Shown: positions 26,577 to 36,853, numbered from the stretch's first letter. The stretch is 41,709 nucleotides of DNA from an uncultured Deinococcales bacterium (GCA_964247135.1 CAXTTL010000011.1:1-41709); one strand, 5' to 3'. The notes: a model not told the origin generated them from the letters alone. Numbers and translations: made by a program.

Positions 26577-27914
26577 CTAAACGCCGTTCATGCTCAACCA
26601 ATTTTGAAATGCCAAAAGTCCTCGCTCGAACAAAATCGGACGTTTTTCTTTGCGTCCCAATTTCTTGTTTTTGGCATGTTCTTCTGGGAATTCAGAGCGC
26701 TCGAGGTCGGGAATCAGCGCCCAGTTGGTGTTCATGGGTTGAAAATTTTTGGATTCGGCGGTCGCCAGAAAACGTACCAATCCGCCCAACATGGTCGTTG
26801 GCGGCGGCGTGACTGGTGTTAGACCTTTGGCAATTCGTGCGGCATTGACCCCAGCCAACCAGCCCGTGGCGGCGCTCTCGAGGTAACCTTCGGTGCCAGC
26901 CAAGACGCCGGCGGTCAAGACATTCGGGTGTTCTTTAAATTGCAGGCTCGAGTTCAGTAATTTTGGCGCATTTAAGTAGGTGTTGCGGTGCATCACGCCG
27001 TAACGGGCAACCTCGGCGTTTGCCAGCCCAGGGATCAATCGCACAATTTCTTTTTGGTCGCCCCACTTTAAGCCCGTCTGAAAGCCCACAATGCTCCACA
27101 GGCGCCCCTCGAGGTCTTCCTGGCGAAGTTGCGCCACGGCATAAGGTTCACGTCCTGTGCGAGGGTCTGGCAGCCCTTTGGGTTTTAACGGACCAAAGCG
27201 CGGCGTGTCCACCCCGCGACGCGCAATCTCTTCGATGGGCATACAACCCTCAAAAAACTCGAGTTTCTCCCAGTCGTGCGGCGTGTGCGAACGGGCTTGC
27301 TCGAGCGCGGCATAAAAAACCGCGTACTCTTCGCGGTCGAACGGGCAGTTCAAATAATCTGCCTCCTGCCCGTAACGTCCGGCGCGGTAAACAATCTCAA
27401 GGTCAATGCCCTCAAACTCGAGCACGGGCGCGGCGGCATCGTAAAACGCCAGACGTTCGTTGTGGGCAAAACGGTTAAGAATATCGTTTGCCAACCCGTC
27501 CGAGGTCAACGGTCCGGTGGCGATCACCACCACGCCCTCGGGGACTCGGGTCAATTCCTGGCGCAAGAATTCAATGTTTGGATGCGCATCGAGGGCGTGG
27601 GTAATGCTTTGGGCAAAACCTTCCCGTTCGACCGCCAAGGCGTTGCCGGCGGGCAATTTGTGCTCGAGAGCGGCTTGCATGACGTTGACGTTGGCGGCTT
27701 TCAGTTCGGCTTGCAACATGCCCTTGGCGTTGGTCTCACCCATGCCGCCCAAACTGTTACTGCACACCAGTTCGGAGGCTTTTGCCGATTGATGGGCGGG
27801 CGTCATTTTTTCGCCGCGCATTTCATACAATGTGACCCGCACGCCGCGATCCGCCGCAGCCAGTGCCGCCTGCGATCCGGCGAGTCCAGCGCCAATAACC
27901 GTAATTTCGTTCAC
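26577..27914 (-). CDS. trmFO: Methylenetetrahydrofolate-tRNA(uracil-5) methyltransferase
   Basis: GAGLAGS, ELVCSNS, FFEGCMPIEE, GVMHRNTY and FQPMN motifs; TAGACT 6 nt before GTG 27914. Confidence 0.96.
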   Translation of the reverse strand: MNEITVIGAGLAGSQAALAAADRGVRVTLYEMRGEKMTPAHQSAKASELVCSNSLGGMGETNAKGMLQAELKAANVNVMQAALEHKLPAGNALAVEREGFAQSITHALDAHPNIEFLRQELTRVPEGVVVIATGPLTSDGLANDILNRFAHNERLAFYDAAAPVLEFEGIDLEIVYRAGRYGQEADYLNCPFDREEYAVFYAALEQARSHTPHDWEKLEFFEGCMPIEEIARRGVDTPRFGPLKPKGLPDPRTGREPYAVAQLRQEDLEGRLWSIVGFQTGLKWGDQKEIVRLIPGLANAEVARYGVMHRNTYLNAPKLLNSSLQFKEHPNVLTAGVLAGTEGYLESAATGWLAGVNAARIAKGLTPVTPPPTTMLGGLVRFLATAESKNFQPMNTNWALIPDLERSEFPEEHAKNKKLGRKEKRPILFERGLLAFQNWLSMNGV

Positions 27915-27993
27915 GTCCAAAGTCTACCGCGTGAAAGCATTCAGCCAAAATGCAAACTGCTGTCACCTTGAAATGGAATGACTCGAGATTGAT

Positions 27994-29850
27994 TTATGGC
28001 GTTTCAGGCGTTGGCGGAATTGGCACAACCACAGGGCTTGTACTCACCTCGACCACTGTGCTGACAATTTTGGCGGCTGGTTTTGAGACCGATGCTCGAG
28101 CGCCAGTCGTGACCTTGCGACGGTTTGAAACCTTGTTGCTGACTCGAGCGATTGGGCGCGGCGCTGGTCCGACGGCGTACACGGCTTGCCAAGGGCGGTA
28201 ATTGGTTGAAAGTACATCTTTACGGGTACCGCTGGCATCAATGACCGTGCGGTTGACGCGCACGCCGTAACCGTCGGCGCTCCAGTCCACCTGTTTGCGT
28301 GTCCCTGGGCGCAGGCTGTAATCGACCTCGTTTTTTGAGGCTGGCGCGGGCGTGTGCCATAAAATTTGTGGGTTGGAAATCACGACTGTTCGTTTGCTGT
28401 TCACGCCGTACAGTTGCACCGTGGCGCTGAGTCCTCGGGCGCTGGCACGGACCAAAATTGGACCGCCCGTGTCGTTTTTCATGCGCAGGTTAAGGCTGGG
28501 TTGATAGACGGCGGCGTCCATGCCGATGATCGGGTCGTAATAATGCACGCGGTAGGCGTGTTGGTTGCGTTCAATGATCGGCAGACCGGCTTTGTACAAT
28601 GCCCTGAAGGCGGTGGTGCTGGCTTGGCAGACGCCGCCGCCAATGCCTTTAACGGTGCGTCCCTGGGAAATAATCAAGCCCTCGGCAAAACCATTCTCGA
28701 TGCCGATATCACCCACCGCGTCGTTAAAATTAAACTCTCCGCCCGTGGGCACCACATAACCGTTCAAATGCCCGATGGCGGTGTAAACATTTTGAATCCG
28801 TGCCGATGGAGAACCGTAAAACGTCGTGGTGGCGCTCGAGATTAAGCCAAACGATTTTGGGTCGGGCAAACTTGCGCTGGTGATGCTGGGTTTGTTGACA
28901 ATCACGGGCAGCACGATTTGCGTGGTTTCGGGGTTTAAAATTTCATTGGCGACCAGCTTCGCGGCAACCGTTTGATCGAGTTTAAAACCGAGTTGGTCTT
29001 TGGTTTTGACAAAACTCGCACCAGCGCTTTTGTACCTGGCATTGACGGGGTCGCGGTCAAACCTCGAGCTGACCTTGCCCAAGGTTTTTGCAATCGCAAT
29101 ATCGTCTGGAATTAGACCATCGCGTTTGATAAAAAACAAATTCCTGACCTCTTCGGCGTTTAAGCTCTGAACCAGATTTTTATCCGTACCTGGCGGTATG
29201 TACTGTAAAACCACCTTGCGCACCAACAAATTTGCTTTTTCGGCGACCGGCTCGAGGTCGGCTTTTTTCAGTGCCGCCGGAACGGCAATGGTTTGCAACT
29301 CGAGTTCTCTCAGGTTGGGGTTATTGACAAAATTTTTGATTGCGCCCGCGAAATCCAGGCTTTGACCGGTGGTATCGGTGCGAACCACGTATTGACCGCC
29401 GGCAACCACGATGGCGGCATTTTTGGCGGCAACAGTAAAGGGTTCTGATAGCTCCTTCAGCCGCGTTTGAAACTGTGCCGCGTCCACCTGGGCAATCAAG
29501 GGCACATTCACGCTCGAGAGGCGCTTGCCCAAATTCTCGAGCAGGTTGCCGTTGCGCCCGACATCAAAAGCGGCTTGGGCGGTGACTGCGGCGTTCGGTT
29601 GCCAACCCAATTCGTTGGCGGCGACCTCGAGTGACTTTGCGCCCGCCTGGACTTTGATGGTTGGCGGTATTTGGGTTTTAAAGCTGCCCTTCAGTTTTGT
29701 TTTGGCTTCAAACAGGGTTAAACCGCCCAGGCTCACGCCAGCGGCGCTAACAAGCGGCAAAATACGGCTGGCATTATAGGCTTCAAAGCCAGCCCAGCCA
29801 AGACCCAGCCCAGCCACAATTGAAATTGGAACGATCAATCTGTAATTCAT
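27994..29850 (-). CDS. VanW family protein with N-terminal membrane anchor and peptidoglycan-binding-type repeats
   Basis: FNFNDAVG, GIGGGVCQASTT.FRA and GLPIIERNQH motifs; start at 29850 or 29859. Confidence 0.88.
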   Translation of the reverse strand: MNYRLIVPISIVAGLGLGWAGFEAYNASRILPLVSAAGVSLGGLTLFEAKTKLKGSFKTQIPPTIKVQAGAKSLEVAANELGWQPNAAVTAQAAFDVGRNGNLLENLGKRLSSVNVPLIAQVDAAQFQTRLKELSEPFTVAAKNAAIVVAGGQYVVRTDTTGQSLDFAGAIKNFVNNPNLRELELQTIAVPAALKKADLEPVAEKANLLVRKVVLQYIPPGTDKNLVQSLNAEEVRNLFFIKRDGLIPDDIAIAKTLGKVSSRFDRDPVNARYKSAGASFVKTKDQLGFKLDQTVAAKLVANEILNPETTQIVLPVIVNKPSITSASLPDPKSFGLISSATTTFYGSPSARIQNVYTAIGHLNGYVVPTGGEFNFNDAVGDIGIENGFAEGLIISQGRTVKGIGGGVCQASTTAFRALYKAGLPIIERNQHAYRVHYYDPIIGMDAAVYQPSLNLRMKNDTGGPILVRASARGLSATVQLYGVNSKRTVVISNPQILWHTPAPASKNEVDYSLRPGTRKQVDWSADGYGVRVNRTVIDASGTRKDVLSTNYRPWQAVYAVGPAPRPIARVSNKVSNRRKVTTGARASVSKPAAKIVSTVVEVSTSPVVVPIPPTPETP

Positions 29851-30041
29851 ATCAGTCATAGTTTACCCGAGTTTTCTGATAATTTCTTCAGCCTAAATGC
29901 CTGACACAAACCATTAAATCATGAATTTTTAAAAGCAACGGTGCTGTGGACTACCTCAAGAAAAACGCGTCCATGACGGCTGATTCGAGCTTTACAAGCC
30001 GTGTCTCATGTTTTGGCGGTATTCTGAAAAGCCAGTCTTTC

Positions 30042-33000
30042 ATGAGCTTACCCTCGACTCAAATTCAGTCAATTCTCGCTCGGCGCTTTGGTGCAGTGTT
30101 GGCGAAGCGTGCCGGTTTGGCGCTCGCCGTCACCGGCGAGGCTGGCATCGGGAAAAGTTTTGGGGTCAATCGGGCACTCGAAGAAATTTCGGTTCAATTC
30201 CTTCAATTTCATGCCAATTCCAACCTCGAGCAGTGGCTGAAGACCATTCCAAAAGCAAAAAAACTTCCTGACTGGGCACTCAACATTCTTGAAAAGACGG
30301 ACGCCGAATTGCCTTGCAGCGAGGCTTTGATCAATGCCCTGATTGCCAACATGACGTTGCTTGCGCCGTTTGTCCTTTATCTCGAGGATGTCCATGAAGC
30401 CAAACCGGAGCGCCTGGCATTGATCGAAAAACTGGGGACAGCCGTGACCGCCATCAAGGGCGTGGCGTTGGTCGTGACCAGCCGTCGGGTCGTCCCAGCC
30501 GGATTCTCGGGTTTTCAACTGCTGCCACTCGAGTCAACCCAGTCCAGAGCACTGTTGGAACAAGCCTGCGGCGCGGTTTTGCCAAGCGAAAGTCTGGATT
30601 ATATTTTTGCCAGGGCGCAGGGCAACCCACTGTTCACGCTCGAGTTTTTAAAGTATTTAACGCGCCACGGATGTTTGTGGTTTGATGGCACACTCTGGCA
30701 TTGGCGGGCACCCGCAGGTGATGTTGTCCCAGTGACCGTCGAAGCCTTGATCGGGCAAATGATTGAGGGTCTACAGCATTCACCCGAGGTCAGGACCCTG
30801 CTCGAGGCGCGAGCGGTTTTGCCCATGCAAATGCTCGAGCCTGAAAAATCCTGGTTTGCGTTGAGCAAACTGAGCCGCCAAACGTTTGCCAGCACGCTCG
30901 AGCTGCTGGAAAACGAAGGCTTGTTGCGCGGTGGTGATTTTGCCCATCCGTTGATCCGTGAGGTGGTGCAAAATGGTATTTCTGGCATTCGCCGCGCCGA
31001 ACTGGCAAGAATGGTGCTGCAACACTTGGATGAATCGCAGCTTCAAGTCGCTGCCGGTTTTGTCGGTGATGCAGGCTTGCCCGTGGCGGAACAACTCGAG
31101 GTGCTCGAAAAAGCCATCGCCCAAGCCAAAGCCCAAAACAATCCCAGACTCGAGGCGGCTTGGTTGCTGCAATCGCTCGAATGCGCCATGCCTCAAGACC
31201 GAGCCGATTTGGCGGTTCGGGCGGCAAGGTTACTCAAAAAATTTGATTTGCCCCAAGCCATTCGGGTTGCCTCCATCGCCCTCAATTCAAAGCCAAATGA
31301 TGCTGAGGCGGTCTACCTGCTGGCAACCCTCAAAGCCACAGCGGGCAAATTGCTCGAGGCTGAGGACTTGATCGCCCAACTGCCAATCCCAACTCGAGCA
31401 TCCGAGTTTGGACTCAAACAGCATTTGATCGTTCGCAGCAACGGCGATGACCAGGCTGGAGCCTATTCGATCTGGCAGCAATTGCAGGCTGGCGGCTACC
31501 TGATCGATGCCGAAATTGCCAACCAGGCGGTACAGACCGTGTACCTGCACGGTGATATTGGGCAAGCACTCGGGTTGGCAGATTTTGCTTTTGAAAAGCT
31601 CCAGTTGCCAACGCACAACCGAGCCATGATGCTGATCGATTTTTATGCTCGCTATTATTTTGAACAGGGCGATTACGACCAAGCCGAGCAACGCATCTCA
31701 ATGGCAATCGAATTGCTCAGAACCCAGGATGATCCGCGCATTCTGGCGCTGGCAATTGGCAACCGTGGCATCGTCCGAGGTTCGCTCAACCGCGAATTGG
31801 AAGCCATCGAAGATTTCAAAGAGGCTGCCACCACGTTTGCGTCAATCGGCTTGACCCTCAAGTTCGCCGAGTGTTTAAACCAGTTGGGTACGACTTATTC
31901 CAACCTCGGTGATTTTGCCCAAGCCGAACGGGTGCTGCTCGAGGCGCGAGATATTTTGCGCCCATCCGAAATTGTTTACAGTTTGGCGAAATGTGAGAGT
32001 GCACTCGCCATGCTCTACGCCAATTGGTTGCCGCCCTACGGCGCGAGCCTCTGCCTCAAGCACGCCCGAGCCGCCCTAAATTACGCCAGAAACTTGAAAA
32101 ACCCAGTGGTGTTCGCCCATTATTTAGCCACCGCCGCCATTGCTGAAGCCGCCCACGGCGACCCGCTAAAAGCCTTGGACCATGCCCAAGAATTAATCGG
32201 TATCGCCCAAAACCTCGAGAATCCTCGGGTGCAGAAAATGGCGCAGCACGCCTATGGCATGGCTTTAAGTGCCAATGGTAAAACCGAACAAGGTTTGAGC
32301 GCCCTGAGAAAAGTGCTTGAAATCGAGCGTGAAAGCCAAACTTTTGAACTGAGCGACACTATTTTGCTCGAGATTGACCGCATCAGCCAAAATTTCCAGT
32401 CGGCACAAACCAGAATCGAGCACTACCGAAAAAACAACCAACGAATGCTCTTGACGCTTGCCGAACGATACTTTCCCAGCTTGGTTCAAGATCAAACCAA
32501 GACCGAGCTTCAAATGCCGCACACGCCAGCTTTGGGATTGTTGGTGCTCGGACCTTTTGGCTTAACCAAGCATGGTCAGACCGTGCCCTACCGTGGTCGC
32601 AAACGTGCCGAGTTCCTGCTGTACCTGCTCGAGACTCGAATCGCTGGACGCACTGAAGCCAGCACCGACGAATTGATCGAAGTGCTCTATCCAGACCTGC
32701 CTGACACGGATGCCAAAGCCTCGCTCAAGCAACTGGTGTACTTGGTGCGGCAACAATTTGGCAGCAACGTGATTCAAAGCACACCGAGCGGTTACGCCCT
32801 GGAAGATGCGGGAAGCGACATCGAAGCATTTTTTGCAAATGGTGACGCGAGCCTTTGGCGCGGCAAGTATTTGGCTGGCATCGGGGACGGTTGGATTCCG
32901 AGCGTCACGGATGCCGTGGTTCACGCCCTGCAAGCCAAAGTCGAAATGCTCTCAACCACCGACGTCAAAGAGGCGGGGCGCCTGGGTAAAATGTTGCTCG

Positions 33001-33197
33001 AGATGCAAACCTACGACCTGGACGCGCTCGAGTTGACGCTTCGGGCACTGATTGCCACCAAGGAGAACCCCAAGCGTTTGTACCTCGAGATGATTGAGCG
33101 TTTTCTTGAGGTCGGAGAAGAATTACCCGATACCATTGCGGCGTTTTTGGCAGGGCGCGAAGGCAAGCTCGAGACAAGGCTGAGACAGAAAACTTAA
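30042..33197 (+). CDS. STAND-type AAA ATPase with TPR sensor and C-terminal SARP-like wHTH/BTAD regulator
   Basis: GEAGIGKS, LEDVH, GNPLF and FAHPLIRE motifs; TPRs; C-terminal LLVLGPF...LLYLL...LYPD...LKQLVYLVR...GYAL and LWRGKYL. Start uncertain. Confidence 0.85.
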   Translation: MSLPSTQIQSILARRFGAVLAKRAGLALAVTGEAGIGKSFGVNRALEEISVQFLQFHANSNLEQWLKTIPKAKKLPDWALNILEKTDAELPCSEALINALIANMTLLAPFVLYLEDVHEAKPERLALIEKLGTAVTAIKGVALVVTSRRVVPAGFSGFQLLPLESTQSRALLEQACGAVLPSESLDYIFARAQGNPLFTLEFLKYLTRHGCLWFDGTLWHWRAPAGDVVPVTVEALIGQMIEGLQHSPEVRTLLEARAVLPMQMLEPEKSWFALSKLSRQTFASTLELLENEGLLRGGDFAHPLIREVVQNGISGIRRAELARMVLQHLDESQLQVAAGFVGDAGLPVAEQLEVLEKAIAQAKAQNNPRLEAAWLLQSLECAMPQDRADLAVRAARLLKKFDLPQAIRVASIALNSKPNDAEAVYLLATLKATAGKLLEAEDLIAQLPIPTRASEFGLKQHLIVRSNGDDQAGAYSIWQQLQAGGYLIDAEIANQAVQTVYLHGDIGQALGLADFAFEKLQLPTHNRAMMLIDFYARYYFEQGDYDQAEQRISMAIELLRTQDDPRILALAIGNRGIVRGSLNRELEAIEDFKEAATTFASIGLTLKFAECLNQLGTTYSNLGDFAQAERVLLEARDILRPSEIVYSLAKCESALAMLYANWLPPYGASLCLKHARAALNYARNLKNPVVFAHYLATAAIAEAAHGDPLKALDHAQELIGIAQNLENPRVQKMAQHAYGMALSANGKTEQGLSALRKVLEIERESQTFELSDTILLEIDRISQNFQSAQTRIEHYRKNNQRMLLTLAERYFPSLVQDQTKTELQMPHTPALGLLVLGPFGLTKHGQTVPYRGRKRAEFLLYLLETRIAGRTEASTDELIEVLYPDLPDTDAKASLKQLVYLVRQQFGSNVIQSTPSGYALEDAGSDIEAFFANGDASLWRGKYLAGIGDGWIPSVTDAVVHALQAKVEMLSTTDVKEAGRLGKMLLEMQTYDLDALELTLRALIATKENPKRLYLEMIERFLEVGEELPDTIAAFLAGREGKLETRLRQKT

Positions 33198-33266
33198 AAC
33201 TTGTGACCAAAATATAACCGAGCGGGCGCGATTCTGGGTTTGCCAATTGGCAGGAGGTAAACCTTT

Positions 33267-33677
33267 ATGAGGGCAATACAAGACTTTAAATTCTTAACCC
33301 ACACCAGCCTCAGTCTCGAGGGGCGTTTTAGGACCCAGATTGACCACTTCGAGTGCGAATTGCAATTGAAACTGAATTCAATCGGTTGTCTGGTCGGAGA
33401 GTTTCGAGCCGAAGGCGAACGTTTAGAGATTTACGGTGGCGTTCCCAGCCTGTACGGCGATGCTTACGGCTTGATGCGAGAAGGCACGCACCTGCAAACA
33501 ATTGCGGTCTTTCATGCCATTCCAGACCGAAACGGCGTGTTGCTCGAGCTTGACCTGCCAGGAGCGGGCGACCTGATGAAACTGGGCAATGCCACCAGAT
33601 TGGTCTTCACCCGCATCAGTCAGTCTCAGCAATCTTTGGGCGATTTGCCAGAACTGAGAACACTCGAGCTGTTGTGA
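33267..33677 (+). CDS. Hypothetical protein
   Basis: Strong AGGAGG RBS; fills the gap between known genes. Confidence 0.7.
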   Translation: MRAIQDFKFLTHTSLSLEGRFRTQIDHFECELQLKLNSIGCLVGEFRAEGERLEIYGGVPSLYGDAYGLMREGTHLQTIAVFHAIPDRNGVLLELDLPGAGDLMKLGNATRLVFTRISQSQQSLGDLPELRTLELL

Positions 33678-33692
33678 AAAACCCGAGCATCA

Positions 33693-34694
33693 TCACTTCA
33701 ACAACCCGACCCGCATCAGTTCCTTGCGCACTTCCTCGAGCAATTTTTCTTTGGCTTGGGGGAACGGCAGCATCAAGGTTGCGCCTGCGGCGGCGACATG
33801 CCCGCCGCCACCGCAAGCGATGGCAATGTTTTGCGCACTGGCTTGACCCCTCGAGCGCAAACTGAGCTTGGTGCGGTCTCCAAAGTCTTTCATGATGCAG
33901 GCAATCTGCGTGCCCTCGGCATTGCGGATGGACGCAATCATGCTTTCGACCTCTTCCCAGGTTGCCCCGACCCGCTCAAGCATCGCCTCGTTGACGTAAG
34001 CCGTCACCAGCAGCCCCTCGAGTGGGTAATCGATGGTGGACAGCACTTCGGCTTGCAATTTGTAGTACGAGCGCGGGTTGACCGCCAGGTACTCGTTGAT
34101 TTCGGTGATGTTCGCGCCGACGTTCATCAGTTCGGCGGCGGCGTGCAACACCTCGGCGCTGGTGTTCGAGAAACGAAAATTGCCCGTGTCGGTCAAGATT
34201 CCGGTCAAAACGGGCGTGGCAATGTCAACGTCCCAAGTCACGCCCAGGGCATTCACCAAATCTTGCACGATCAGGGCGCAGGCGGCTTTGTCTGGGCTGA
34301 CCAGGGCAATCTCGCCAAAACGCGGGTTAGAACCGTGATGGTCAATGTTGATGATTGGAACGCCAGCCTGATTCATCGGCACGCCGATGGTGCGATGCGC
34401 CTCGGCAGAATCCACCGACAAGATCAGCGCGTCATCGGGCAGCACCTCAAACGGTGCGAGCAACTCGCCAATTTTGGGCAGCCACTCGAGATACCGTGGG
34501 CTGGTCGCCACCGCTCGAGCATCAAGACCGAGTTTTTTCAGTGACCTCGAGCAACCCAGAACGCTGCCGATGGCGTCGCCGTCGGGGTCTTCGTGGGCGG
34601 CAACGAAAATCGGTCCTGTCCAAGATTTTAATTTTGCGGCAATCGCCTCTAATTTTTGGGCATATTGTGGGTCGCTGGCGTTGGGGTTCGACAT
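33693..34694 (-). CDS. DHH/DHHA1 phosphoesterase (NrnA-like nanoRNase/pAp phosphatase)
   Basis: HEDPDGDAIGS, NIDHH, DTGNFRFSNT and GGGGHVAAAG motifs; TAGAAT 6 nt before the ATG. Confidence 0.93.
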   Translation of the reverse strand: MSNPNASDPQYAQKLEAIAAKLKSWTGPIFVAAHEDPDGDAIGSVLGCSRSLKKLGLDARAVATSPRYLEWLPKIGELLAPFEVLPDDALILSVDSAEAHRTIGVPMNQAGVPIINIDHHGSNPRFGEIALVSPDKAACALIVQDLVNALGVTWDVDIATPVLTGILTDTGNFRFSNTSAEVLHAAAELMNVGANITEINEYLAVNPRSYYKLQAEVLSTIDYPLEGLLVTAYVNEAMLERVGATWEEVESMIASIRNAEGTQIACIMKDFGDRTKLSLRSRGQASAQNIAIACGGGGHVAAAGATLMLPFPQAKEKLLEEVRKELMRVGLLK

Positions 34695-34836
34695 GCCATG
34701 ATTCTACCGTGCCAACCTCGAGCCGCCAAGAAACACTTGAACTCGAGACCAAGAAAACCATGAAAAGCTGTTCCGCTTGAGGTGCAATATTGCCTTCATC
34801 AATTGGGGTTGGGCAATTCATTGGTAGACTCGAGTC

Positions 34837-35301
34837 ATGAAGCATTGGTTGATGAAATCCGAACCCGACGTGTTCGGCTTTGAAGATTTGCTGAAGGCAA
34901 AAGACCAAACCACCCCCTGGGAGGGCGTGCGCAATTATCAAGCCCGCAATTACATGCGCGACACCATGAAAACAGGCGATAAGGTGCTGTTTTACCACAG
35001 CAGCACCAAAATCCCTGGCGTTGCAGGTTTGGCGCAAGTGGCAAGCAAAGCCTACCCAGACCCAAGCCAATTTGATACGGGTGGTGATTATTTTGACCCC
35101 AAAAGCACGATTGACAACCCGCGCTGGATGATGGTCAACGTTCAAGCCGTCTCGAGCCTGGAATTTATCAGCCTCGAGACCCTGCGACAAGACCCCAAAC
35201 TGGAAGGTATGATGCTCTTGCAGCGCGGCTCGAGGTTGAGCATTCAACCCGTCAGCGCCGCGCATTTCAAACATATTCTTAAACTTGGAGGACGCAAATG
35301 A
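34837..35301 (+). CDS. EVE domain protein
   Basis: WLMKSEP, WEGVRNYQARNYM, FYHSS and RLSIQPV motifs. Confidence 0.93.
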   Translation: MKHWLMKSEPDVFGFEDLLKAKDQTTPWEGVRNYQARNYMRDTMKTGDKVLFYHSSTKIPGVAGLAQVASKAYPDPSQFDTGGDYFDPKSTIDNPRWMMVNVQAVSSLEFISLETLRQDPKLEGMMLLQRGSRLSIQPVSAAHFKHILKLGGRK

Positions 35302-35624
35302 ACGACATTGACAGTGTGATTCAAACCATGAAAGAGCGTATTTCGGGCGACACGATGACCCAAATCGACGCCGTGATCGGCGTGGACATTGGCGGCAAGG
35401 GCGCGTACACGATTGACGCTCGAGCCGTCGGCGGTCAAGGCATGATCGAAGGCGACCCCGCCAGCCACAACCTCGAGAGTCGCTTTAGTTTTGCGATTTC
35501 TCAAGATGATTTTGTGAAACTCATGAACGGACAACTGAACGCGATGGCAGCCGCCATGACCGGCAAACTCAAACTCAAAGGCGACATGGCATACGCCATG
35601 AAACTCGCGGCGCTGTTCAATTGA
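35298..35624 (+). CDS. SCP2 sterol/lipid-binding domain protein
   Basis: LMNGQLNAMAAAMTGKLKLKGDM.YAMKL motif; ATGA overlap. Confidence 0.88.
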   Translation: MNDIDSVIQTMKERISGDTMTQIDAVIGVDIGGKGAYTIDARAVGGQGMIEGDPASHNLESRFSFAISQDDFVKLMNGQLNAMAAAMTGKLKLKGDMAYAMKLAALFN

Positions 35625-35626
35625 GC

Positions 35627-35926
35627 ATGAAACTCGAGAAATTGACCCCAGCCAAAGCTGCCGATGAAGCGGTGCTGAACGCCGCTTTCGCCATTTTGCG
35701 CGAACACGGCGTGGGCGACGGAATGCTCGGCGTGTACTTCCGAGAACCCGTGAACAGTTACGTGTTGCAATTTGACGCCGAAAACTCGAGCTACTTTGAA
35801 TGGGTGCGGGTGGACCTCTCGAGCCTTGATAACCTGCCCGAAGACTTGCTGCTCGAGGCGGCAGGGCGACTTGCCACACGAATTGGGATCACCTATAAAC
35901 GGTTTTTGTTAACCAAACTCAATTGA
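35627..35926 (+). CDS. Hypothetical protein
   Basis: Abuts the SCP2 gene in the same operon; typical codon usage. Confidence 0.7.
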   Translation: MKLEKLTPAKAADEAVLNAAFAILREHGVGDGMLGVYFREPVNSYVLQFDAENSSYFEWVRVDLSSLDNLPEDLLLEAAGRLATRIGITYKRFLLTKLN

Positions 35927-36051
35927 ACTATATTGGTTTTTTGATGCTCGAGTATGAATCGTGGAAATGTCTCGTTTCTGGCATAACACTTGAATCAGCC
36001 TAAGCCTTTGCGCCCATGTGTTGAGTTCAACCTCCATGCCATACTTTTGGT

Positions 36052-36849
36052 ATGACCCGCGAATTCTGGCAAGAGATCATCAACAACAAATACGAAATCT
36101 CGAGCGACCCAAGCCCGCAAACCTTACTGCCCGAATTGCTCGAGATGCTGGCATCACCCGATCCAGAATTGCGCGACGGTTTTGCCTACCCAATTCTGGC
36201 AACTTGGATTGGGCGCGGCGCATTCTCGCAAGACGAATTGAAATCTGTTTTGGCAACGCTCGAGCAACGCCTCGAAGTTGGTCTGGGCGAAACTGAATCC
36301 GATTCCGTGTTCGCCCGAAGTTTTGCGGTGTTGACGCTGGCGGTCTTGGTCAACAATCAAACTTTAGCCCTCGAGCAATCCGAAGTTCGGCGTTTGCTCG
36401 AGGTGTTCTTGAATTATCTTGAACGTGAACAGGATTTACGCGGTTTTGTTCAACCTCAAGGTTGGGCGCACGCTGTGGCACACACCGCCGATTTGCTCGA
36501 CGAGTTTGCGGTCAATCCGCACGTCCAGAGCGTGGAACTCGAGAAAATATTGAACGCCATCAGTAACAAAATTCCAGCCAAAATCGTTTGGTTGTTCGAT
36601 GAAGAAGACCGACTCAGTTACGCTGCCACTCGGGTTATGGGGCGTGGATTGCTCTCGAGCGAAAGGATTTCAGAAATTTTGGACGCTCTGGTGTTACGCG
36701 TTACTCAAGCCGACGGGCAAAAATCAAACACCATTCCACGACACAATGCCAAAGCATTCTTGCGAAGCTTGTACTTTCAAATCTTAAAACTCGAGCCAGA
36801 TTCAAAACACCTCGAGTTGATTCTGGTGGCGCTCGAGAAAATCAATTGA
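36052..36849 (+). CDS. DUF2785 family protein
   Basis: SPDPELRD, VFARSF, DLRGFV..GWAHAVAHTADLL and EEDRL motifs. Confidence 0.85.
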   Translation: MTREFWQEIINNKYEISSDPSPQTLLPELLEMLASPDPELRDGFAYPILATWIGRGAFSQDELKSVLATLEQRLEVGLGETESDSVFARSFAVLTLAVLVNNQTLALEQSEVRRLLEVFLNYLEREQDLRGFVQPQGWAHAVAHTADLLDEFAVNPHVQSVELEKILNAISNKIPAKIVWLFDEEDRLSYAATRVMGRGLLSSERISEILDALVLRVTQADGQKSNTIPRHNAKAFLRSLYFQILKLEPDSKHLELILVALEKIN

Positions 36850-36853
36850 TCGT

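Noticed and set aside
27994-29850. VanW or APH genes as antibiotic-resistance determinants
   Set aside because: Both families are widespread with non-resistance roles; there is no van cluster or mobile context.
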